From Nannocystis pusilla (GTDB taxonomy: Bacteria; Myxococcota_A; Polyangia; Nannocystales; Nannocystaceae), in NCBI RefSeq assembly GCF_049060185.1, contig NZ_JBMEQO010000002.1: a stretch of DNA of 64,000 nt, one strand, 5' to 3'. A model generated the notes under the pieces. It ran no database searches. It worked only from the letters and a program-made list of their open reading frames with translations, and was not told where the DNA came from. This document shows, piece by piece, positions 13,010 to 23,365 of the stretch. Made by a program: the position numbers and the translations under genes. Each line of letters begins with the position of its first letter. The first letter of the stretch is position 1.

Positions 13010-13477
13010 TCAGGTGCCCAAATTGTCGTTGAGGCCCCCTCCGCGTCCGCCACGGTGGCCCAGATCTGAAGCTTGCTCCCCGCGGTGGACAGGACTTCCT
13101 GAATGCTCGCAGACACGGAGGCGAGCACAAGCTTGCAGTCCGTCCCGGCAAACCCCTCAAGCCATTCTTTGAGCTGGTCCAAAGCGGCAGATCCGGAAAC
13201 GTCCACGGAGGTCACGTCGGTCAGGTCCAGTACGACCCCGCGCATATCCTGGACCATGTCGGCAACTATTTTTAGGCCTTGGTAAGCGTCGCTGTTGACG
13301 TCGACGTCGACGAAATCGCCTCTCAGAGCCACGACGCCGATGACGCCGTCTCGCCGGTAGTTCTCGATTTGCCAAGTCATGTTCGTTGGGGTTGCCACCG
13401 CTGGTGTTGCCGCCGTTGCCGCCGTTGCCGCCGTTGCCGCCGTTGCCGCCGTTGCCGCCGTTGCCGCCGTTGCTCAT
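13010..13477 (-). CDS. STAS-domain protein (anti-sigma-factor antagonist, SpoIIAA/RsbV-like). It may carry an N-terminal MSNGGNGGNGGNGGNGGNGGNGGN extension joined by a +1 frame change. It probably ends ...ADAEGGLNDNLGT after a second frame change.
   Basis: STAS segment: MTWQIENYRRDGVIGVVALRGDFVDVDVNSDAYQGLKIVADMVQDMRGVVLDLTDVTSVDVSGSAALDQLKEWLEGFAGTDCKLVLASVSASIQEVLSTAGSKLQIW. The ATG at 13477 sits 7 nt after an AGGAG ribosome-binding site. An alternative in-frame ATG for the STAS domain alone is at 13377. Confidence 0.6.
13406..13468. repeat. Perfect tandem repeat, 9 bp x 7 (GTTGCCGCC on the + strand, which is GGCGGCAAC read as Gly-Gly-Asn on the - strand). It lies directly after the ATG at 13477.
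   Basis: Seven identical units are read directly, with no degenerate copies. Confidence 0.9.
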
Positions 13478-13548
13478 GATCAACTCCTACCCCTTGATAT
13501 CATCTCATCAGGTGCTTTGACTCGAGCCGTCAGTGCGTTTTGACAACG

Positions 13549-13580
13549 TTCTGGGCGCCCATGAGCGCCCATGGGCGCGC
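13549..13580. promoter_or_regulatory. GC-rich palindromic element GGGCGCCCATGAGCGCCCATGGGCGCGCCC in the divergent promoter region between the STAS gene (-) and the beta-propeller gene (+). Candidate operator.
   Basis: Inverted and direct repeats of GCGCCCATG are read in the sequence. The function is inferred. Confidence 0.3.
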
Positions 13581-13877
13581 CCACGACGAGATCGGGGAAC
13601 GAGCGCGGGATCCCGCTGGGGCCTCTGCGACCACGGCACCAGCTGATATTCGTTTGCGGATCGAAATCCGATGATTCCCGTCGAGTTGCAGCCCCTAGTC
13701 TTTGGAGGTTTCGACACCTCAGATGATCGCGCTTCCCGGTCGCTGAGCTCGCACGGACGCCCCGGCCGTTGTCAAGAGCGCCTGCTGATTGCAGAACCCC
13801 TGTTTGGGAGCGCGCAGCCCGACTGTCGCGGTTGGGCGGGGTTCTGAGGCGGTGTCCTGGTCTCCAAGATCAACACG

Positions 13878-14896
13878 ATGACGGGCGTCGAGGAGGGCCG
13901 CTATTACACCAACGCCGTCGCTAAATCGCGACGGCTACCCGATGGGCGGTGTGCCACACCACGCATTCGTCCTGACCCCACGGGCGAATGTCGCCAGGGC
14001 CGGTCGAGGTGCCGATCACCTGACGGAGGTGCGCGACGGCTCGCCGCTGCCCGGCACCGGACGTCGCGGTCAGTAACCGCAATCCGGGCAGCGTCACCAG
14101 GGTCATCGCATTGCCGGAGAAGTGCGTCGACAACAACGGAAACGGCATTACGGCGGCGCGCGCCCGACCGCGAGGAGGGCGTGGCCCAGGACCCGGTCAC
14201 CTGCGAGACCCGGTCCCGCGGCTGTGGGTCGGCTACAAGGACATCAACGGCGTCGCCCACTTCGCGCGCCTCGAAGGCGACACCGGCGCGATCCTCGACG
14301 ACGTCCAGCGCTCCGGCTGGACCACCAACACGTTCGGCCCCTACGGCGGCGCCGTCAACTCCGCCGGTGACCTGTTCGTCATCGGCTACGACAACGAGGT
14401 CTCGATCCGCATCGACTCCAGAGCGAGGCGCTCGGCCTCTCCCCGGGCCAGTACAAGTACGGCATGGGCGTCGACCAGAACGGCAACATGTGGGTCGACA
14501 GCTTCTCCGGCACCGATCACATGTACTTCTACGACCCGGTCGCCAAGCAGTGGCAGGGCATGGGCGACGGCGGCAACAACGGCGGCCGCGCGCTCGGCCG
14601 CCGTCGACGACGAGAACCGGGTGTGGGGCGCCGCCAACGGCCCGTGCCGCCTCATCGAGCTCGACGGCGACACCAAGACCTGGACCAACCCGAACATCAC
14701 CCTGCCCGACTGCGGCTCGCCGTGGGGTGTCAGCATCGACAACGAGGGCTACGTGTGGGTCGTCGACAAGGCCAACAAGGCCTACGAGGTCGACCCCGAC
14801 ACCTACGAGATCAAGCTCGTCGTCACCGGCCTCGTCAATCCCTATACCTATTCCGACATGACCGGCCAGGGCCCCAAGCTCGTCCTCCCGCAGTGA
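13878..14896 (+). CDS. Secreted beta-propeller-type repeat protein (NHL/Vgb-lyase-like blades). The N-terminus is uncertain and there are at least 3 frame changes.
   Basis: Segments: GYKDINGVAHFARLEGDTGAILDDVQRSGWTTNTFGPYGGAVNSAGDLFVIGYDNEV; GMGVDQNGNMWVDSFSGTDHMYFYDPVAKQWQGMG; ENRVWGAANGPCRLIELDGDTKTWTNPNITLPDCGSPWGVSIDNEGYVWVVDKANKAYEVDPDTYEIKLVVTGLVNPYTYSDMTGQGPKLVLPQ. Confidence 0.4.
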
Positions 14897-14918
14897 CGCG
14901 GGCGCGCGCTCGCGTCAC
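14893..14918. terminator. Hairpin GTGACGCG-ggcgcgcgct-CGCGTCAC between convergent genes (beta-propeller + and response regulator -). It overlaps the propeller stop codon.
   Basis: An 8-bp inverted repeat is read in the sequence. Confidence 0.4.
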
Positions 14919-14947
14919 CTCGACGCACCGGCCGGTGATCGTCGCGC

Positions 14948-15346
14948 TCAGCACGTACACGCGGGCGGCCCGCAGAACCGGCCCACGAGCTGCAGCAGGT
15001 CGTCGATGTCGATCGGCTTGCTCAGCCCTTCCAGGCCCATCTCGACCGCCTTCTCGGCCACGCGGTGATCGCCCGAGACCACCACCACCGGGACCCCGGC
15101 GATCGTCGGGTCCTCGCGTTGCTCGGCGCGGAACTCTTGCCCGTTCATCACCGGCATCATCAGGTCGAGCAGGACCAGGCACGGACGGACCTCGCTGCGC
15201 AGCGCGTCCAGGGCCTCCTGACCGTTGCCCGCCGCCGCGACGCGATAGCCCGACACCTCGAGCACCGTCTGCAGCGTCTCGCAGACGTCCGGGTCGTCGT
15301 CGACGACGAGCACCAGTCCGCCAGCCTCCTTCTTCTCCACCGTCAT
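14948..15346 (-). CDS. Single-domain response regulator (CheY-like receiver, 132 aa). Its ATG overlaps the stop of the upstream kinase gene (ATGA).
   Basis: MTVEKKEAGGLVLVVDDDPDVCETLQTVLEVSGYRVAAAGNGQEALDALRSEVRPCLVLLDLMMPVMNGQEF...VVVVSGDH. This is the only real part of the 885-aa ORF 14948..17605. Confidence 0.8.
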   Translation of the reverse strand: MTVEKKEAGGLVLVVDDDPDVCETLQTVLEVSGYRVAAAGNGQEALDALRSEVRPCLVLLDLMMPVMNGQEFRAEQREDPTIAGVPVVVVSGDHRVAEKAVEMGLEGLSKPIDIDDLLQLVGRFCGPPACTC

Positions 15347-18300
15347 GACCGTGGACCTCCGTCCGTCGCCGCGGGCGGCGCCGCGCTCGTGCACGGCAGC
15401 TCGACGATGAACGTCGTCCCTTCGCCCGGCGTGCTCGTGGCGCGGATCGTACCACAGTGGCCCTCGACGATCCTGCGGGCGATGTAGAGGCCCAGCCCCA
15501 GCCCGCCGTAGTTCTGCGCCGACACGCCGCGCTCGAAACGGTCGAAGATCCGCGGCAAGCGGTCCGGGTCGATGCCGAGCCCGTGGTCGCGGATCGTCAA
15601 CCGGGCCACGTCGCCGATGCGCTCCACCGCGATCTCGATCGGCGCCCCGGCCCCGAACTTGGCCGCGTTCGAGAGGATGTTGGAGACGACCTGCTCGAGG
15701 CGCGAGCGGTCCCAGCGTCCGACCACCGGCGCCGGGGCGTCGATCGTCGGCGAGCTGCCGGCGCGGGCCAGGTCGGGCTGGAACCGGGCCACGACCTCGC
15801 GCACGAGGCTGCTCAGCTCGACCTCGGCGAGCGACAGCGCGAGCTGCCAGGTCTCGATGCGCGACACGTCGAGGAGGTCGCCGATCAGGCGGTTCATCCG
15901 CCCCGACTGACGGATCGCCAGGTCGAGCAGCTTGCTCGTGACCTGCGGCTCGAGGGGCTTGCCGCTCGGGGTCGGCTTGACGATCGTCTGCAGCGCGAGG
16001 GTGAGCGACGTCATCGGCGTGCGCAGCTCGTGCGAAGCGACCGACAGGAACTCGTCGCGCAGCCGCAGCGCCGCCTGGGCCTGGCGGTACAGCCTGGCGT
16101 TGTCGATCGCCATGGCCGCGCGGCGGGACAGCTCCACCAGCAGCTCGAGGTCGGCGGCCGCGTAGTGGAAGTCCGGCCGCCCCGAGCCGAGAGTGATGGC
16201 GCCGATGATCCGCGAGCCGGCCGGGAGCGGCGCCACGATCGCAGTCCTGACCCCGAGCTCGCGCAGCAACTGAGCGTGGCCCGCGTCGACGCAGTAGTGC
16301 GCGAGGTTCTCGTCGGTCATCTCGACGAGGAGCGGCGCGCCGGCGCGGATCGCCGCCGACGACGGGTGCGGTGAATCCAGGCGCGGCGGGTAGCGAGCGC
16401 GCATCTCCTCGAGCACCGCCGCCTGCGCCGAGCTGGTCGGCGCCGACGTGCGGCGGCGGATCTCCTGACCCTCGACGACATCGATCGCGCACCAGTCGGC
16501 GAACGAGCCCACGCACAGGTCGGCCAGGCGGTGCAGCACCTCTTCGTAGTCGAGCGACTCGCCGAGCAGCTTGCTCGCGTCGCCGAGGAACGCCGCGCGC
16601 CGGTGGTCCGCCTCGGCCGCCTGCCGCGCCGTCTGCTCCTGCGTCAGCAGCGTCGCGTTCTCGAGCGAGATGGCCGCCTGCGCGGCCAGCAGCTCGAGCA
16701 CCGTCAGGTGCTCGCTGCGAAACGCGCTCGGGACCAGGCTGTTCTCGAGGTAGAGGACGTCCTGCACCGTGCCGCGGCGGCGGATCGGGAAGCACAGGAG
16801 CGAGCGCGGCTGGACCTGCGCCACGTACTCGTCGAGGCCGAACCGACCGGGGTCGGCGCGCGCGTCGTCGAGGAGCACGCGCTCGCCGGTGCGATGGACG
16901 TATTGCACGATCGACGCCGGCACCAGCCTGGCGAGCTCCTCGGGCCCGCGGCGGCGCAGGTCGGCGCGCATCCCCGCCTCGTCGAGCGTGGCGCTGGCCT
17001 CGAGCGTCAGCTCGCCGTGCCGGACCCCGATGAGGTGCGCGGTGTGGGCTCCGCTCTGCTCGAGCACCACGCTGAGCAGGCGGCGCAGCAGCTTCTCTTG
17101 CACGATCTCGCTCGAGATCGACTGCGACGCCTTGGTCACCGCCAGCAGATCGATGTGCTCCGCGGTGACCGTGTCGCTGGCCTCGCAACCGCCCGGCGGC
17201 GCCTGGGACAGGCCCTCCTCTTGCTCGTCGAGCTGGCGGACCTTGCCGTGCGCGCCCCACTTCAAGTAGCTGGCGCGCGCGGCGTGCAGGTGCGTCTCGG
17301 CCAGCATCTCGAGCCCGCGGTCGCGATAGAAGCGGGCCAGCAGCTCGTCGGCGATCGCCTGGTTCTGCACGAAGCCGTGCTCGCGCGCCCCTTGAGCGCG
17401 CGGTCGTAGCATTGCAGGGCGTCGCGCTCGCGGCCCTCGAGGCGGGCGATCTCGGCCGAGACCAGCGCGTGCTTGTGGCCGAAGTTCTGCGGGCACGAGG
17501 CCGCCCACTCCGCCAGCTTCGCCTCGTGGCGCGCCAGCACCTCGAGCGCCTCGCGCTGCCGCACCGGCGCGGCGGGTGACACGTGGGCCGCCAGCGCCAG
17601 CGCATAATACCAGTACTCGGGCTCCTGGATATGCGCCAGCGAGCACCACAGCAACGGCGCCGCCGCGTCGCCGGCCGCCAGCGCCGCCGCGTAGTCGCCG
17701 CTGAGGAACAGGCCCTGCAGCTTCATGATGAAGTACCAGCACTTCACCACCGTCCACGGCGACGCGATCATCTCCGCCTGGTACGCCTCGTCGTCGAACA
17801 CCTCGTCGCTGAAGCTCGCGCGGCTGCGGGTCCGCCCTGGAGGTTGCGGACCAGCCGCTGGATCCCGACCAGCACCTGCGACGAGCCGCCGAACTTCGCG
17901 TTGCGCGTGAAGTCCAGCCGGCGCTCGAGCTCCCGGTCGACCTGGTCGAGCGGCTCGCCGAGCACCAGCAGGTCGGCCACGTAATGATTGCAGCAGTAGC
18001 AGGCGAACGTGATGTCGCCGGTCTGGAGCGCCGTCTGGAACGCGGTCTCGAGGTAGCGCAGCGCGCCGCGCAGGTGCTGCGTCCAGAAGCAGATGCAATC
18101 GCCGAAGATGCAGTGGAGCTTGGCGCGGTACGCCACCAGCCCGAGCCGCTCCGCCAGGTCGTACCCCAGCTTGCCGAACTGGTACCCCTCGCGATAGCGG
18201 CCGAACGACGGGCCCAGCACCATGCCGAAGTACGCGTAGCCGAGCGCCGAGGCCTCGCCGTTGCCGTGGCGCAGGCTGATCTCGACCATGCGGCAATAGC

Positions 18301-21036
18301 AGAGGAACGGCAGCTCGGGGTCGGTGTTGAGCGCCGGCGCGAACAGCACCGCGAGGATCCCGAGCGCCGCGCGCATGTCGGGGTCGACGAGCGGCGGCAG
18401 ATCGACGAGGTCTTCGATCCGCCGCTCGCCGAGCGCGTCCTGGATCGTCTGCAGCTCGCGCTGCACCTGCGCGCGCGTCGGATGGACCGGCACCTCGACC
18501 CCGAGCCACCGCAGGCCCTCGATCCCGCGCTCGACCGCGGTGCGGAGCTCCTGCCGGCTGGTGAACAGGTCGACCTCGACCCGCCGGATCTCCGCGCGCT
18601 CGCGGCGGGTCCGCGCGTGCTCGAAGAGCGCCGCGACCAGCGACTCCGCCGCGTCGAATCGACCCTGCAAATATTCACACTCGGCCCGCCCGAACCCCAA
18701 CGAGAAGGCCAGCGAGTGCTGCTCGTCCCACGCCTCGGCCCCGAGCAATGCGCTCCCCGCCGAGTAGTAGCGGACCGCCGCGTCATAGGCGGTCGCGGCC
18801 TGGGCCTTGCGTCCGGCCGCCAGGTGGAGCGCCGCGACCCGCACCTTCTCGCTCGGCGCGATCAGGTGCGCGCCCGCTTCGAAATGACCGGCGACCTCGA
18901 ACAGCTGCGCCTCGAGCTCCTCGCGCGTCAGGCGAGCCAGCAGCGCCCGCCCGATCCGCAGATGGACGGCGGCCCGCTCCGCCGCGGGGATCAGGCTGAA
19001 CGCCGCCTCCTGCACGCGGTCATGGGCGAACTTGTAGGCGTCGCCGTCGCGCAGCACCAGCCCCGCCTGGACCGCCGCCGACAGGTCGCGCCGCACCTCC
19101 TCCTCCGGCCGCTCGAAGAGCGCAGCGAGCAGGCCGAGCTCGGTGACGCCGCCGAGGCAGGCCGCCAGCTCGAGGGCCTCGCGCGCCGCCGGCGACAGCC
19201 GCTGCAGCGTCTGCACCATCAGCTCGGCGACGTTGCTCGTCGACGTCTTGGCCTGGATCCGCGGGATGTCCCCCGCCCACGTCCCGGACGCCAGGTCGAG
19301 CGCGATGAGCCCCTCCTGATGCAGCATATTCAAGAACTGCAGCGCGAAGAACGGGTTGCCAGCGGTCTTGCCGTGAATCAGGCGAGCGAGCGCCGCCGCG
19401 TCGCGGACGCGCCCGCCGAACGTGGCCGTGACGAGCGCGGCGAGGTGCTCCTCGGACAGCGGCCCGAGGAAGATGTCGCACACCGGCACGTGGGCCGCGC
19501 GTACCCGGGCGAGCGCCGTCATCAACGGGTGCGACCCGCTCACCTCGTTGTCCCGGTACGCGCAGATCCACAGGAAGTAATGAATGTCGGGGTGCGTGAC
19601 CAGGTGGGTGAGCAGCGCCAGGCTGGCCGAATCGACCCATTGCAAGTCGTCGAGGAACAGCGCCACCGGGTGCTCGCGGGCCGTGAACACCCCGAGGAAC
19701 TGGCGAAAGACCAGGTGAAACCGGCTCTGCGCGTCCGACCCCGAAAGTTCGGGCACCGGCGGCTGCTCCCGATCACGAGCGCCAGCTCGGGGATGATGTC
19801 GACGATCAATCGCGCGTTCAGGCCGAGCGCCGCCGTCAAGCACCCGCGCCATTCGGTCACGCGCTCCTCCGGCTCGGCGAGGATGTCGCGGACCAGGGCG
19901 CGGAAGGCCTGCGAGATCGTCGCGTAGGGATCCCACGCTGATACTGATCGAACTTGCCCGAGAGGAAGAAGCCGTGGGCCTGGACGATCGGTCTTTGCAG
20001 CTTGTGGACCAGCGTCGACTTGCCCACCCCTGAATAGCCGGACACGCGCACGACCCCCGGCGCCCCGGTCTCGACCATCGCCTCGAACGCGCCGCGCAGC
20101 GCCGCCAGCTCGCGCTCGCGGCCGTACAGCTGCTGCGGCACGCGAGGCCGCTCCGACAGGTCCTCCTCGCCGAGCGGGAACGGCTCGATCCGCCCGTGCG
20201 CGTGCCAGGCCGCCAGGCACCGCTCGAGGTCGCGGCGCAGCCCCGTGCGCTCTGGTAGCGGTCCTCGGCGACCTTGGCCAGCAGCTTCACCACGATCGCC
20301 GACACCACCTCCGGCACCGACGGGCGCAGCGCCGCCGGAGGCGTGACGCGGCGCGCCACGTGGCAGTGGATCCATTCCAGCGGATCGCTGGCGCGGAACG
20401 GCAGGCGTCCCGTCAGCATGCGGTAGAACGTGACGCCCAGGGAGTAGAGGTCGCTGCGGAAGTCGAGCGGTCGGTTCATCCGCCCGGTCTGCTCCGGCGA
20501 CATGTATGGCAGCGATCCGGTCAGGATCCCGGCAGTCGGCGCGAGCCCCGACTCGTGGTGCTGCGGCGACGCCACGCCGAGGTTGGCCAGCTTGACCTCG
20601 CCGCCCACCGGGTCGACCACGATGTTGTCGGGCTTGAGATCCTTGTGGACCACGTCGCGCCGGTGCAGCTCCTCGACCGCCCCGGCGATGCCGATCGCCA
20701 GCGACAGGAAGCGCTCGATCGGCAGCGGCGTCGCAGTGAGCAGCTGCTCGAGGAACGTCCCCTCGAAGTGCTCGAGCACCAGCGCCGGCATGCCGCGGTA
20801 CGTGTCCAGCGCGATCGGCTTGACCGTCCCCGGGATGTCGAGCGATCGCCCCAGCTCGTACTCCGCCCGCAAGCGCTCGAGCTTCGCGCCGGACGCAGCC
20901 GTGGGTCGAGCGTCTTGATGACGACCGCGCGGTTGTCCTCCACCCGAATCGCGCGATAGATGCCCGCGCCTGCGCTCTGACTGAGCAGTCCGGTGGCGCG
21001 GTACTTCGCCGGGTCGGCTGTCCCTGCGTCGCCCAT
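15343..21036 (-). CDS. Giant multidomain sensor (~1900 aa): N-terminal Ser/Thr protein kinase, AAA/STAND-type ATPase, TPR-like helical region, GAF domain, HisKA and HATPase_c. At least 6 frame changes.
   Basis: Kinase: AIRVEDNRAVVIKTL, HRDLKPDNIVVD, SLPYMSPEQ. ATPase: VSGYSGVGKSTLVHKL...LFLDDLQWVDSASLALLTHL. GAF/HK: SHELRTPMTSL..., ILSNAAKFG...GGLGLGLYIARRIVEGHCGTI. Segments come from ORFs 20521.., 17768.., 19857.., 19540.., 17262.. and 15343... Confidence 0.75.
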
Positions 21037-21299
21037 GCAAATACCGTGGCGTGGCCCGCCGGGGAAAACCACCAGGATCGCCCGTGCCCCTAGGCCCCGT
21101 TCGGCGACGCGCGCGTCAAGGCGCCCTCTCGTCCGTCCGCGTGCTGCGCCGAACCTCGTTCGCCCTCGCGTACGCGCGCTCGCGGGCGGCCCGCCCGCGG
21201 CCGCCTGCACGCGCGTGCGCTCGTTCACCTCACGCGATCGCCCCGCGCAGCCGCAGCCGCAGCCGCACGACCCACGCGAACAGCCTGAACGCGAGCGAC

Positions 21300-21702
21300 T
21301 CCGGGGCGGCAGCGGCCGCACCCGCGTGTTGTGAAACGCAGTGATCGTCCAGCCCTCGCCGGCGCGGACCAGCACGTAGGTCTGCCGGGACAGCCGGTCG
21401 GCCGGGATCCCGCGCTGCCACGGCCACACCGCGCCGCCGATCGCATGGGCCACCGCCGCGTCGTCGCCGATCCTCCGCACGTAGGTGACCTCCCCGCGCA
21501 GGCTCGTCCCGCGCAGCACCGTGGCGAACAGCGCCGCGTGGGCCCGCTCGACCTCCGCCCGCCCGCGCGCCAGCCCGCCGTCGAACGTCACGTAATCGAC
21601 CTCCGGCGCGAACAGGGCCGCGAACGCCCGCGCGTCGCCGCGGCTCCACGCCTCGAAGGTCGCCAGCACGTGCCCACGGATCTCCGCCTCGTCGGTTTGC
21701 AT
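21300..21702 (-). CDS. SnoaL-like / DUF4440 (NTF2-fold) protein, ~133 aa. 3' end uncertain.
   Basis: MQTDEAEIRGHVLATFEAWSRGDARAFAALFAPEVDYVTFDGGLARGRAEVERAHAALF...LVRAGEGWTITAFHNTRV. Confidence 0.55.
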
Positions 21703-21769
21703 GCCACCGGAGTAGCCCTGGCCGGCGATGACGACCAGTGATACTTCCTCATGCCATGCATCACTGGTG

Positions 21770-22712
21770 GTGATACTCGTGGACCTCGCAGCGATCGACC
21801 TCAACCTGTTCCTCGTCCTCGACGCAGTGCTCACCGAAGGCAGCGCCACCGCGGCGGCGCGACGCCTGCACGTCACGCAATCCGCGGTCTCGAACGCCCT
21901 CGCACGGCTGCGCGAGGTCGTCGGCGACCCGCTCGTGGTCCGGCGCGGCCGCGGCCTGGCGCCGACCCCGGTGGCAGTCCAGCTGCAGCCGCGGATCGCC
22001 GCCGGCCTGCACGAGCTGCGGGCTGCCCTCGCCGCCGGCCGCGAGTTCGACCCTGCCACCACCACGCGCCGCTTCTCCATCGCCCTCACCGACAACCAGG
22101 AGGTCTCCGACCTGCCGCGGATCGTCGCCCGCTTCGAGCGCCAGCTCCCGTGCGCCTCCTTGCAGGTCGTCACGGTCGAGCGCCTGATCGCCAGCGACGG
22201 CCTCGCCGCCGGCCTCGTCGACCTCGCCCTCGCCCCCGCCGCAGTCACTGCGCCCGGCCTGCGCCAGACCCCGCTCTACAGCGAACAGGGCGTCCTCGTC
22301 GTCCGCCGCGACAACCGCAAGGTCGGCCGTCGCCTCGACCGCGCCGCGTTCGAGGCCACCCCTACGTCGACGTGCAGATCCTCGGCGAGGGCGGCCACGG
22401 CCACCGCGTCGCCCGCGACAACCTCGCCCGCGCCGGCCTGCGCCGCCGCGTCGTCCTCACCGTCCCGCACTTCATGGCCGCCGCAGTCGCCGTCTCGCGC
22501 ACCGACTGGATGACCGGCCTCCCGCGCCGCTTCGCCGCCGAGGTCAGCCGCCGCCTCCCCTGCGCACCGTCGCCGCCCCGCTCGAGATCGTCGACTTCCC
22601 GCTCGCCCTGCACTGGCACGCGCGCACCGACGCCGACCCCGGCGCGCAGTTCTTCCGCGCCCTCGTCGTCGCCGCCCTCCGGCCCCCGGCCCCCGCGCGC
22701 GCTCCTGAGTCG
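21770..22712 (+). CDS. LysR-family transcriptional regulator (GTG start; 2 frame changes).
   Basis: HTH: IDLNLFLVLDAVLTEGSATAAARRLHVTQSAVSNALARLRE. Substrate-binding domain: ...GHGHRVARDNLARAGLRRRVVLTVPHFMAAAVAVSRTDWMTGLPRRFAAE...LALHWHARTDADPGAQFFRALVV. Confidence 0.7.
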
Positions 22713-23026
22713 ACCTGTCCCCGGGGCCATGTCGTTCTTGCCCCTCGTCAATCGGCCTCGAAGACCCACCGCTCGAACTCGAACGAATCGTCGAGGGACG
22801 TGTCCGCGCCACAGCGCCAGCCGTTATCGAGCTAGTTGCCCATGGTGTGCCAACACAGGCCCAGCTTCGCGTTGTCCTCAGCAGTGTCTCATTCCGTACG
22901 ATTCACCTCGTCGCCTGCGAGCGCGAAGCCCACGACCAATCGCTGCTGAAGTACCAGGCGACCCCGTTGGCCTCGTGCTTGTCGCCCGCGGGCACGTCCA
23001 CCTGCGGCCCTTCCGCTCAGTACTGC

Positions 23027-23184
23027 GGCCCGAAGCCGTCATCGTCATCATCGTCGTCGTCGTCGTTATCGTCCTGGTCGTCGTTATCGTCGTGGTCGTC
23101 CTGATCGTCGTGATCGACCGCGCAATTTCGAAGATAGGGGATTGTGCACGAGAGGCCGCTCAACGCGATCATGGTGTCGGTCAT
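23027..23184 (-). CDS. Candidate small ORF: 52-aa peptide MTDTMIALSGLSCTIPYLRNCAVDHDDQDDHDDNDDQDDNDDDDDDDDDGFGPQY. Hydrophobic, Cys-containing N-terminus plus a ~30-aa poly-acidic tail.
   Basis: A GGAGAA ribosome-binding site lies 5 nt upstream of the ATG and a near-perfect 20-bp palindrome lies just upstream. The + strand of the same DNA gives only a poly-Ser ORF. Confidence 0.35.
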
Positions 23185-23204
23185 GGGATTCTCCAGGCGC
23201 CTCG

Positions 23205-23224
23205 AATATGCGACACGTCGCATA
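23205..23224. promoter_or_regulatory. Near-perfect palindrome ATATGCGAC-GT-GTCGCATAT immediately upstream of the acidic-peptide ORF. Candidate operator or promoter element.
   Basis: Read in the sequence. It sits in a locally AT-richer stretch. Confidence 0.4.
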
Positions 23225-23365
23225 TCCGGCAACGATGAAGGTTGACGCTGCGCACGTCTCCCCGCCGCGACGCGAGGACACAGCGTTCTGCGGGCCCGTC
23301 CTGCGCGCTCGCGCCCGCGCGCCCTGGAGTTCGCCGCGAACCAGGCCGCGCCGAAAGCTGGCGAA

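Noticed and set aside
13157-13483. 108-aa ORF MIMSNGGNGG...RRRHRRRGSER as a gene
   Set aside because: Beyond the GGN repeat it is Arg-rich nonsense, out of frame with the STAS domain. Only the first ~25 codons are plausible, as a leader or N-terminal extension.
14948-17605. 885-aa minus-strand ORF
   Set aside because: Only the last 132 aa (the receiver domain) look like protein. The rest is the Arg/Ala-rich out-of-frame reading of the histidine kinase gene.
22847-23104. Plus-strand ORF with a poly-Ser tail over the GAY trinucleotide region
   Set aside because: There is no ribosome-binding site and its N-terminus is implausible. The minus-strand acidic-peptide ORF has a canonical RBS and an upstream palindrome.
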